64,000 nucleotides of DNA, taken from contig OZ244744.1 in assembly GCA_965219455.1 (NCBI GenBank), positions 2,432,001-2,496,000 on the forward strand, written 5' to 3'. The number at the start of each line of letters is the position of its first letter. Within the stretch, counting starts at the first letter, position 1. The DNA comes from Candidatus Latescibacterota bacterium. GTDB lineage: Bacteria; Latescibacterota; UBA2968; GCA-2709665. The notes below the pieces were generated by a model that made no database searches, had not been told where the DNA came from, and saw nothing but the letters and a program-made list of their open reading frames with translations. Below are positions 50,859 to 58,695 of this stretch, piece after piece. Position numbers and translations under genes: made by a program.

Positions 50859-51764
50859 TTAAAGACAGCTTCTGAAGAATTCTCTCAGACCTTCCATCTC
50901 CTCGTCGTTTAACGAATAGTAGGGTTTCCGGCGCCATCGCTTCGCTACGCCGAAGATTTCCATCGCCCCGTGGAACCCCGCGTTCCACCCGCCGGTCAGC
51001 TTGCCGATATAGTCGAAAAAGGGCATGTCGTATTCGCGGATGATTTCCCGCGCCGCCTGGACGTCCGCTTTCCGGATCGCGCTCCAGTATCGACGGGCGA
51101 TCTCCGGTTTGAAGGTAATATACGTCGACATATACCCATCACATCCGTACGGCCACATATTGATGTGGTTCACCTTCTGCCCCCCGGCAAACACGGCCAC
51201 CCGTTCGTGCGCGACCAGGCACAGCCGGCGCGCGAAATCCCCGCACATATCGTCCTTGATGGCGACGACATTCTCGAAACTGTCGAGTGTTCTCTCCACC
51301 ACGTCCAATCCGAATTGCGGTCCGCGGGCGGAGAAAGCGCCCGTTACGATCATCACCGGCATCGTCTCCGACACCTCGCCGTAGTGCGCCACGAGCGTCT
51401 CCTCCGTACTCGAAGCCCCCCAGGCCGGCGGAAGCACCATCAGCACGTCGGCTCCCAGTCCTTTTGCGAACGATGCAAACGCAACCGACCGCCGCGTGTC
51501 GTAATACCGATCGGCCGCAACCACCATCCCCCGCCCGGCCGTATGCTCGCACGCGACCCGGGTCACCTCCGCGATTTCCGCCTCGGACATGCAGATATAA
51601 TGGCTGTCGCCCGCCGTCAGCAGCACGGTGCGGCTACCCCCCTCCAGCACGAAATCGATCTGGTGCCGCAACCCGTCGTAATCCACGCTCCCGTCCTCGT
51701 TGAACGGCGTGGCGATGGACGAAATGATCCCTGTCAGATGCGCCCTAACTTCGTCGCGATCCAT
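50859..51764 (-). CDS. DapA/NanA-family class I aldolase/lyase
   Basis: TPFNEDGSVDY.GL, GADVLMVLPP, NVVAIKD Schiff-base lysine. Confidence 0.85.
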   Translation of the reverse strand: MDRDEVRAHLTGIISSIATPFNEDGSVDYDGLRHQIDFVLEGGSRTVLLTAGDSHYICMSEAEIAEVTRVACEHTAGRGMVVAADRYYDTRRSVAFASFAKGLGADVLMVLPPAWGASSTEETLVAHYGEVSETMPVMIVTGAFSARGPQFGLDVVERTLDSFENVVAIKDDMCGDFARRLCLVAHERVAVFAGGQKVNHINMWPYGCDGYMSTYITFKPEIARRYWSAIRKADVQAAREIIREYDMPFFDYIGKLTGGWNAGFHGAMEIFGVAKRWRRKPYYSLNDEEMEGLREFFRSCL

Positions 51765-51973
51765 AAAAAGCTCCCAAAAAAGCAGCGGTCAGCTATCAGC
51801 CGTTAGCTGTCAGCTTACAAAAAAAACCAGACAATCGATGTCCGGCCCCCATCGGTATTTGTAGGGGCAACCCTTGTGGTTGCCCGCGTCGCGGAAATTC
51901 AAACTCACGCAAAAACACGAAGACGCTATTGGCAAACCACACCAGGACCCTTCACCACACGGTTTTTCGGCAT

Positions 51974-52381
51974 CTACGGGATGACTTCAAACCCCATCTG
52001 CCGGAAATGATGATCCAGTGTCAACACCCGTTGAATTCGCAATTCCCGCATGAGAACAAAGCTGCAGCAGTCGGTATAGGAGAATTCCTTGTCCCGATAT
52101 CCGAAGAAGAGTGACCGCGCCCGTTCTCTTCGCGTTTCGTCGATGGACTCGATCCTCAGACGGGTTGAGCCGTTGATTTGCACCCACCAGGCCTCGGCGG
52201 CATCGAGACCAAGGCGGAACCGGATGGTCGTGAGCGTCTCGTCGATGACGTAGTCCGTCGTCGTGAGCAGGCCTCCGGACGACAGCCAGCGGTCCCTCGC
52301 TTCCCGCACAGCGGAGCCCTTCGAATCGCGGCTATCCGCCGCCGCAACCCATCCCGCGGTATCCACGAACATTTCTTTCAC
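51974..52381 (-). CDS. vapC: VapC PIN-domain toxin
   Basis: FVDTAGWVA, TTDYVIDET, SYTDC.SF.LM, TLDHHF. Confidence 0.9.
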   Translation of the reverse strand: MKEMFVDTAGWVAAADSRDSKGSAVREARDRWLSSGGLLTTTDYVIDETLTTIRFRLGLDAAEAWWVQINGSTRLRIESIDETRRERARSLFFGYRDKEFSYTDCCSFVLMRELRIQRVLTLDHHFRQMGFEVIP

Positions 52382-52626
52382 CGGTACAACACCTCGTCAT
52401 GCCGAGCGGCTACGTCTCCCGATTCCGATGCGCCTACGGGCGGGGCCTGGTAGAGTGAATCGGATTCGAGCGGCGTGTTACCCATCGTCGGACTGCCAAC
52501 GGGGACGATGTCGAAAGCCGGACGGCTGCGGTACAGCACCGTAAATCGCTCCCCGTGCCGCACCTTTGCGACGACCTCCTTCAGACGCGCTCGAAGCTGT
52601 TTGGCATTGATAATCTCTGGCATCAC
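52378..52626 (-). CDS. Phd/YefM-type antitoxin
   Basis: INAKQLRARL..V...V..GE..TV..R.RP; overlaps the vapC start by 4 bp. Confidence 0.8.
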   Translation of the reverse strand: MMPEIINAKQLRARLKEVVAKVRHGERFTVLYRSRPAFDIVPVGSPTMGNTPLESDSLYQAPPVGASESGDVAARHDEVLYR

Positions 52627-52719
52627 GGATCCTTTCTATAGTTTAACTTAAGATAAACTTATTCGATGGAGAGCGCAAGACGAGAGACGTCCGGTGGCCA
52701 CCCCGCGTCCACCGGACAT

Positions 52720-53095
52720 CGATATGGCCTGGTGAAATCAATCGGCGAAATCCGCGCCACGGAGAGGGCAACCACAAGGGTTGCCCCTACAAATTCGACG
52801 ACGACGAGGGGCAAAGCATACAGCGACTGGCGGTACGACCGCAATTCCATGCTGCGGACCGTCCGGGTCTACCTCAGGCCCGCACGGTCCGGGTCGAGGG
52901 GACTCTTCCGCGTTGATCCGTTCAGCTATGTCACCTGGTGTATGTTCAGGCGTTCGCAGGGCAACGTCTCACGACTCTGCCACTAAGGCGATTCGCGGAA
53001 GAGCAGCCCCGCGGCGTCTGAGCGGCGCCGTTCTTTTTGGCCCTTTTTCTTTGGCGAGAAAGAAAAAGGGCGTAAAAAAAAAGAAATATGAGGTG
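52720..53095 (+). repeat. REP-linked element (52720-52805) followed by family F1 copy 3 (52881-53095)
   Basis: Conserved F1 blocks GCACGGT, CCGCGT..TCCGT.CAGC, GCAGGGCA, AGGC.ATTCGCGGAA, CGGCGCCGTTCTTTTTGG. Confidence 0.7.
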
Positions 53096-53156
53096 AGGGG
53101 GGAAGGGGGGTGGCGAAATTCTACTATTCCCCTTCGTCACGCGTCTGCCGCTCGCT

Positions 53157-53678
53157 CTAATGGTGCCCTTCCTTACCCTCACCGTGCTCTTTCTCACCCT
53201 CACCGTGTTCTTCCTCGCGGGACCCGCCGATGCGCAGAATATGGCCATCCATGTCCGCAACCAGCATTTCCCGCGCTCCCCAGGACTGGTCAACGGGCTT
53301 CTGCCGTATGTCCGCCCCCGCCTTCACGTACTCCAGGTGCAGCTTGTCGACGTCACCGACGCTATAGTAGATCCACACGGGTCGGGCGCCCTGCCCATTC
53401 TCGGCAAGAAAGATATTCACCTCGCCATTGGATATAGAGGCAAAGGTCTTGTCCTCTGCCTCGGCAGGCCAGTCCCAGTCCTTTTTGAATCCGAGAACCG
53501 AGGTGTAGTGCTGGATGCTCGCTTCGACACTTCCCACGTTCAGGACCGGCGTGACAGCGGTGAATCGCGTGGATTCAGTACCGGAGTCCTTGTCGTGGTC
53601 CTCGTGGGCGACGGCGCCAAGACTGTGGCCGATGGCGATTCCTGCAGCGACTGCTGCTGCAATTCCGAGACTTTTCAT
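53157..53678 (-). CDS. VOC/glyoxalase-bleomycin-resistance family protein with signal peptide and His/Glu-rich tail
   Basis: PVL.V.SVE.SI..Y..VLGF, V.DVD.L, QSWGAREM.V.D.DGH.LRIG; EHGEGEK-EHGEGKEGHH tail. Confidence 0.85.
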   Translation of the reverse strand: MKSLGIAAAVAAGIAIGHSLGAVAHEDHDKDSGTESTRFTAVTPVLNVGSVEASIQHYTSVLGFKKDWDWPAEAEDKTFASISNGEVNIFLAENGQGARPVWIYYSVGDVDKLHLEYVKAGADIRQKPVDQSWGAREMLVADMDGHILRIGGSREEEHGEGEKEHGEGKEGHH

Positions 53679-53721
53679 GGTTTTCCTCCCCTGGTGAGCA
53701 ATAAGCGGTCATGGAAAACAA

Positions 53722-53835
53722 CTGTCAGCTATCGGCCGTCTGCTGTCAGGCAGAACCGGTTTGGGATAAGGCTTGGTGATTTCATTTCACCGATGCCTGT
53801 TCTTTGTAGGGGCGACCGGCCGGTCGCCCCTACAG
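53722..53835 (+). repeat. Heptamer tandem plus REP-linked element with perfect 30-bp palindrome
   Basis: TGTAGGGGCGACCGGCCGGTCGCCCCTACA near 53805-53834. Confidence 0.75.
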
Positions 53836-54164
53836 TTACCGTGGGTCGGACAGGGAAGAGTGGCCACCTGACGGCGGTTTGCGATACGGACCGGCGATGT
53901 CAGCCAGCAATATCTGAATCGTGCCCCGCGCACAACCGGTCATTCGTTCTTTTTCTTAAACGCTCCTCCCGCCGGCGTCCCGTGTCGCAACACGCGTCCT
54001 ATGTTGCATATTGCCAAATATCCCCTGTTTTTCCGCGTGAATTTTCCGATAACTCCTTATGAAACCACCATTTATTTCCGCACACAACGTTCGGACGCCA
54101 GCCGCGGGACATCGTGGGAGATGCATTATGCGACACTTCGGCCGGCCGACTGGTTACCTTTTTT

Positions 54165-54226
54165 ATATATAACTTATTTATTTTCAACAGTTTGTCGTTA
54201 TCCCCGGCATCGGCACGGATTTTGCA
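54165..54226 (+). promoter_or_regulatory. Putative sigma54 promoter with upstream AT-rich IHF-like site
   Basis: CGGCACGGATTTTGCA (GG-N10-GC) at 54211-54226; TTTCAA-N4-TTG near 54182. Confidence 0.55.
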
Positions 54227-54458
54227 CGTATTCAAGAGCCCTCCCTCCGGTGCACGATGCACGGTGTCGCGCCTTCAATGCCGGTAACGCCAGTCATTCG
54301 CCCACATACCAGGAACGGAATTGAAAATAACCACAGCGGCGATGGTGGCCGTGCGGCGGGCAGCCCGCAACTCTGCTGACCCCGTTTAGATGCCGATCCG
54401 TCCGTTAAGGAGCCACTATGAAATTCGATTTGTAATGAAGACGATAGGGAGGGAAACC

Positions 54459-55163
54459 ATGCGGTCTTCAGGAAACGGACTCGCACATCAGATCGCCAAG
54501 CTGTTCAGGGAACTGCTCGAACGAGAACTGCAAACCGCCAAACGGACTACGGAAGCACAAAAACGAGAACTGCTCGAAAAAATCATAGCGCGGGAGACGG
54601 AATTGAAAGACGACGGCGGATTGGATACTCTGTTCGAAAAATACATAGCCGGCCTGTCGGAAACCGAACGGCCGGAGAGTCGAGTGCAGGAACGTCGCCT
54701 GTACTACAACTGGGAAGGCAGACTCAGGTCAGAGCTGGGCAGCTGGAGAATGGCGTTGGCTGAACTGGAAACCCGGAACAACGACGCCGATGCGATACTA
54801 ACGAGCGCGCGAAACAAAGTCATGCGCCTGTTGCTGCGTGAGACACTGGTCGAGGTCAATCCGGGGTGTCACAATGGACCGAAACCAGACGCGAAAGATG
54901 CCGGCAGTCTTGAGGCGTGCCTGATTCCGGTTATTCAACACATGAGAAAGGGCAAAAGCCATTCGGAGGCTGTCCGGGTGGTTGCGGAAAAATTGGGCGT
55001 CCGCAAAACCAACGTTGCTGACCAATGTACCAACGGTCTGGATCTCACGACACCACAGTTTGTTGATCACGTCAGCAGCGGGCGAATTGTTCAGGTCGTG
55101 AAAAAAAAGTACCCCGAACAGATTGAACTGATAAGCCGCGAATTGGCGCCGCTGTATCCATAG
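54459..55163 (+). CDS. Hypothetical helical protein, possible C-terminal HTH
   Basis: Long ORF with GGGAGG RBS; charged helical N-half; SHSEAVRVVAEKLGVRKTNVADQC. Confidence 0.55.
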   Translation: MRSSGNGLAHQIAKLFRELLERELQTAKRTTEAQKRELLEKIIARETELKDDGGLDTLFEKYIAGLSETERPESRVQERRLYYNWEGRLRSELGSWRMALAELETRNNDADAILTSARNKVMRLLLRETLVEVNPGCHNGPKPDAKDAGSLEACLIPVIQHMRKGKSHSEAVRVVAEKLGVRKTNVADQCTNGLDLTTPQFVDHVSSGRIVQVVKKKYPEQIELISRELAPLYP

Positions 55164-55424
55164 CGCTCGCAGATCAACAGGTGACGCGATTGAACGTCAG
55201 TTGGGTGCGGGGTCGTCCGGATCCGTCGGCACCGGGTCAGATTGCCGCATCTCGAGCGATTGCGACGGCCCGCCGCGGGCATAGCCGGACGTTACAGGGT
55301 CTCCATCCCGAACCGCTCGGCGGTATCCAGGGTTTCCCGCACGTCGTCAATTGTACGTAACCGTTTTTTGGATAGGAATCCTGGCCACGACACTCGAAAA
55401 GTTCATTTATTTGCACGAAATAAG

Positions 55425-55455
55425 TTGACATCTTCAGAGAAGATGGGCATATATA
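55425..55455 (+). promoter_or_regulatory. hicAB promoter with overlapping inverted-repeat operator
   Basis: TTGACA at 55425; CATCTTC-AGA-GAAGATG at 55429-55445; AT-rich -10 region. Confidence 0.55.
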
Positions 55456-55474
55456 TCACAAAAGAGACGCGGTA

Positions 55475-55663
55475 ATGCAAACCAAAACGGAACAAATCCG
55501 GCACCTGTTGGTAAAGGACGGATGGTTTCTTGCGCGCCACGGCTCCGGTCACGACATCTATCGACATCCAGGCATCCGGGGAATCATCACGCTCCCGAGA
55601 CACAGAACAGTATCTCCCGGTGTTGCCCGCTCCATCGCAAGAAAAGCGGGTTGGCTGGAATAA
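55475..55663 (+). CDS. hicA: HicA toxin
   Basis: L.KDGW...R.GSGHDIYRHP...ITLP.H.....G..RSI.RKAG. Confidence 0.9.
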   Translation: MQTKTEQIRHLLVKDGWFLARHGSGHDIYRHPGIRGIITLPRHRTVSPGVARSIARKAGWLE

Positions 55664-55687
55664 ACGACCTCGAAGGAGGACCCGCGC

Positions 55688-56074
55688 ATGGCTCGCTATC
55701 CCGCGCTGATCGATGGCGAAGAAGGTGCCTATGGCGTTACGTTCCCCGATCTTCCCGGTATCGTCGCTATGGGAAACACCATTGACGCGGCGTTGATAAA
55801 CGCCGAAGAAGCACTTCGCGATTATACGATCGAGGCCGAGAAAGACGGTGAGACAATGACGCCGCCAGGCGCTCTGGAGGGGGTGGTGGTCCCGAACGGG
55901 CAGGCCCTCGTGTCCATCCCCTTAATTCGTACCTCGGGCCGGAACGTACGCGCCCATATGACGCTCGACGAAGGCGTCGCAGCCTTCATCGACAGCGAGG
56001 CTCGACGTCGTGGCATGACCCGTAAGGCGTATGTAGAATGGATGGCCCGGCGTATCGCGGAGATGGGCGGATAA
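55688..56074 (+). CDS. hicB: HicB antitoxin
   Basis: YPALI....AYGVTFPDLPG..A.G.T...A..NAEEAL; C-terminal RHH-like domain. Confidence 0.9.
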   Translation: MARYPALIDGEEGAYGVTFPDLPGIVAMGNTIDAALINAEEALRDYTIEAEKDGETMTPPGALEGVVVPNGQALVSIPLIRTSGRNVRAHMTLDEGVAAFIDSEARRRGMTRKAYVEWMARRIAEMGG

Positions 56075-56119
56075 CAACTGCCGACGTGGGACCTCGCCCG
56101 GACGATGGCAAAACGGCTC

Positions 56120-56389
56120 TCATTTCACGAAGAGCAGCCTGCGGGTCAGCACGCCGCTCGAATGAATCAGCCGATAGAAGTATACGCCGCTGGACACTTC
56201 ACGACCCAGCATGTCCGTGCCGTCCCACTTCACCCGGTAAAGGCCTGCCGCGAGATTGTCCTGCACCAGAACGCGGACCTGCTGCCCCAGCGTATTGTAA
56301 ATCGCCAGGGTCACGTGGCCGGGGCCGGCCTGGTCGCAGCCGATCCATTGTTGGGCCCTTTGCGAACGGGGGGCATCGATAAGCCCCAA
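56120..56389 (-). pseudogene. Remnant C-terminal FlgD-Ig (secretion-tail-like) domain
   Basis: V.LAIYN.LGQ.VR.LV....AG.Y.V.WDG.D..G..VSSGVYFYRL, with no upstream body. Confidence 0.7.
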
Positions 56390-56435
56390 CCCGGTTCGAC
56401 CCGCGGAGTCTCCGATATAGGGGCAGGTTAGACCA

Positions 56436-58043
56436 TCAAGGCACGAAACGATAGACGACGGGCAACTGCGCTGGATCCGTGACGCTCGTGTCCGTGTGGT
56501 GGTAGATATTTATGCGTCCGGTGCCGCAGTCCCCGAATTCATCGGAGGAGAACGCGCCGATAAGACCCTCAAAGCCGGACGTTGCGTGGAGTTCCGTGCG
56601 CAGTGCGTTCCGGTTGACGATGAGCTTTCCACCATCCTGTATCGCCACGGACTCGATGGCGCTGAGCAGCAGCGTTGTGGCGTCGTAAGCGTGCGCCCAG
56701 TACGGCGTGCCGGGAAACCCGCCGTACGCGGCTTCATAGGCGGCCAGCACTTCATCCACGCTTTTTCCGGTTACGCCATTGACATTTGTTCCGAGATCCG
56801 CCTCCGGTCCGGCGGCGTAAACGCCTTCCGACTGCGGCAGGGCCAGGAACTCCGAACCGAGGAGGGCCGCGCCGGTGATGAGTGTGACGCCTTCCAGGCC
56901 GTCGAATTCCCGCGCCTGCCTGGCGAAGGGCGCGCCTGCCAAAAAGAACAGAGGGAAGAAGATGCCATCCGGTCCGGCCTCCGCGAATTCCGTGAGGACG
57001 GACGTCATATCACTTTGCCCTTTCTCAATCCCCGTGCTGACCGGTACTTCGCCGCCGACGGCGACGAACGCATCGCCAAACGCGCTGACGAGGGCCGTTG
57101 TGTACGGGTCGCCGTCGTGAAGCGCCACCATGCGCCTCAGGCCCAATTCATTGTACGCGAAATCGGCCACGGCCCGCGCCTGGTAGAGGTCGTTGATCGC
57201 AACCCTGAAATAGCCGGGATGATAGTCCGGACTTGCGTTGCCGGCCAGGTCGGACGTAAGTCTAGGCGACGTGTTGGACGGCGAGATCATTACGAGACCC
57301 GCTTCGCTGATCGCCGGCGAAGCCGCCACTGCCGCGCCCGAACAAGACGTACCGATAACGCCAAGCACCCGAGGATCCGCGACAATCTGCTCCGCGCCGG
57401 CGCGTCCGCCTTCCGGCCCGCACATGCCGTCGATCGGCTCGCCCAGTTCCACTTCGTGACCGTGGATCATTCCGTAGTCTTGAACTGCCAGTTCGACGGC
57501 GTTCCGCGACGGATCGCCAAGCCAGCCCTCTATCGCGTGCGTGAGCAGCGAACGGATGTGCACGGCCTCGCCCTCGCCAATCGTGACGACGCCTCGCGGG
57601 GATGAACCCGTCACGCGCGCACTTCCGCCAATGGGCAGGTCGAGCATTACATCGTAGCCGCCGTTAATGGGTATGCTCGACCACGAACCCACGACGCTTC
57701 CGTCCATCATTGCGCGCGCACGATAGTAACCGGTACCTTCAACTTCCACCCGCGCCCGGCCTTGCGCTTCGGTGGTGCCCGACCATTTGTAGTCGGCCGC
57801 CCGACCCGATACTGAAGGCGCGAACGCCACGGTGACGCCGCTTACCGGCGTCTCACCCTCCAGAACGCGGGCAAAGACCACGGCCTGCGACATATTCCCA
57901 TTGACAGCCAATTTGCCCAGCGGCTGTCCAATTCGTTCGTCTGCCTCCGGAATCTGCGACGTCGTCACGCGATCGCCTCCGCAACCCCAGGTTACGGCAG
58001 CGACAAGCGCCAACACAAACAAACTGCGAATAACGGATAACAC
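56436..58043 (-). CDS. Lipoprotein: small beta-sandwich domain fused to LivJ/LivK-like solute-binding domain, copy 1
   Basis: Lipobox-like TWGC; GVIGTSCSGA, MISPSNTSP.LT, GYFR...ND, AHAYDA; GTG start with GGGAGG. Confidence 0.85.
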   Translation of the reverse strand: MLSVIRSLFVLALVAAVTWGCGGDRVTTSQIPEADERIGQPLGKLAVNGNMSQAVVFARVLEGETPVSGVTVAFAPSVSGRAADYKWSGTTEAQGRARVEVEGTGYYRARAMMDGSVVGSWSSIPINGGYDVMLDLPIGGSARVTGSSPRGVVTIGEGEAVHIRSLLTHAIEGWLGDPSRNAVELAVQDYGMIHGHEVELGEPIDGMCGPEGGRAGAEQIVADPRVLGVIGTSCSGAAVAASPAISEAGLVMISPSNTSPRLTSDLAGNASPDYHPGYFRVAINDLYQARAVADFAYNELGLRRMVALHDGDPYTTALVSAFGDAFVAVGGEVPVSTGIEKGQSDMTSVLTEFAEAGPDGIFFPLFFLAGAPFARQAREFDGLEGVTLITGAALLGSEFLALPQSEGVYAAGPEADLGTNVNGVTGKSVDEVLAAYEAAYGGFPGTPYWAHAYDATTLLLSAIESVAIQDGGKLIVNRNALRTELHATSGFEGLIGAFSSDEFGDCGTGRINIYHHTDTSVTDPAQLPVVYRFVP

Positions 58044-58177
58044 GGCAAAGCCCTCCCTTTTTGAATCTATCCACAAGACGACGTGGAAAAATGGGTCAAT
58101 CGTTTCCGGAGCCTATCTGGAATTTTCTAAACGACACCCAAGGTGCGCATAAAACTGCGAAAACGCAAGACCATCAT

Positions 58178-58680
58178 TCATTCGAAAATCTCGAATTTGC
58201 CATCTCGCACGATCAATACAATCGGATCGTAAACCGCGTCCCCGTCGGCGTTGAAAGAGAATTCGCCCAGAATCGCCCGCGCCCGATAATAACCGCCCGA
58301 CCCTTCGCCAGCAATCTCCACACGCGCATGTCCGCGCGGGTCGGTAGTGGCCGACCACTCGAAATCTGCGGCCCGACCCGATACGGAAACTCGTAAACAT
58401 ACCGAATCCTTTAAATATCGGGGAATGCCAAAAAACGGGACGTCACAAACCAACGGCAGAGCAAGGGGCCCGGACACACCTTGTGCCAGACCCCAAAATG
58501 ACAGGCAGTGAAAACTGCCTGTCATTTTGGATAAATACATCCGCCTGGCGGAGACTTCCGCAAAGCGATCACTCAAATATCTGGAATTCACCGTACCTGT
58601 CAATCAGTACAATCGATTCGTAAACCGCGTCCCCCTTGGCATCGAAAGAAAACGAGCCCAGAATCCCATCCGGATTCTGA
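58178..58680 (-). pseudogene. Two remnants of further solute-binding lipoprotein paralogs
   Basis: 58178-58395 joins the N-domain (SVSGRAADFEWSATTD..GYYRARA) directly to an SBP C-terminus (LGEFSFNADGDAVYD); 58569-58680 reads GILGSFSFDAKGDAVYE..FQIFE*. Confidence 0.7.
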
Positions 58681-58695
58681 GTGCCGGCCATCGTG

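Noticed and set aside
3439-53835. Dispersed palindromic repeats as a CRISPR array
   Set aside because: They are scattered rather than regularly spaced with unique spacers, and no cas genes are present. The AddB-like nuclease lacks the Cas4 cysteines.
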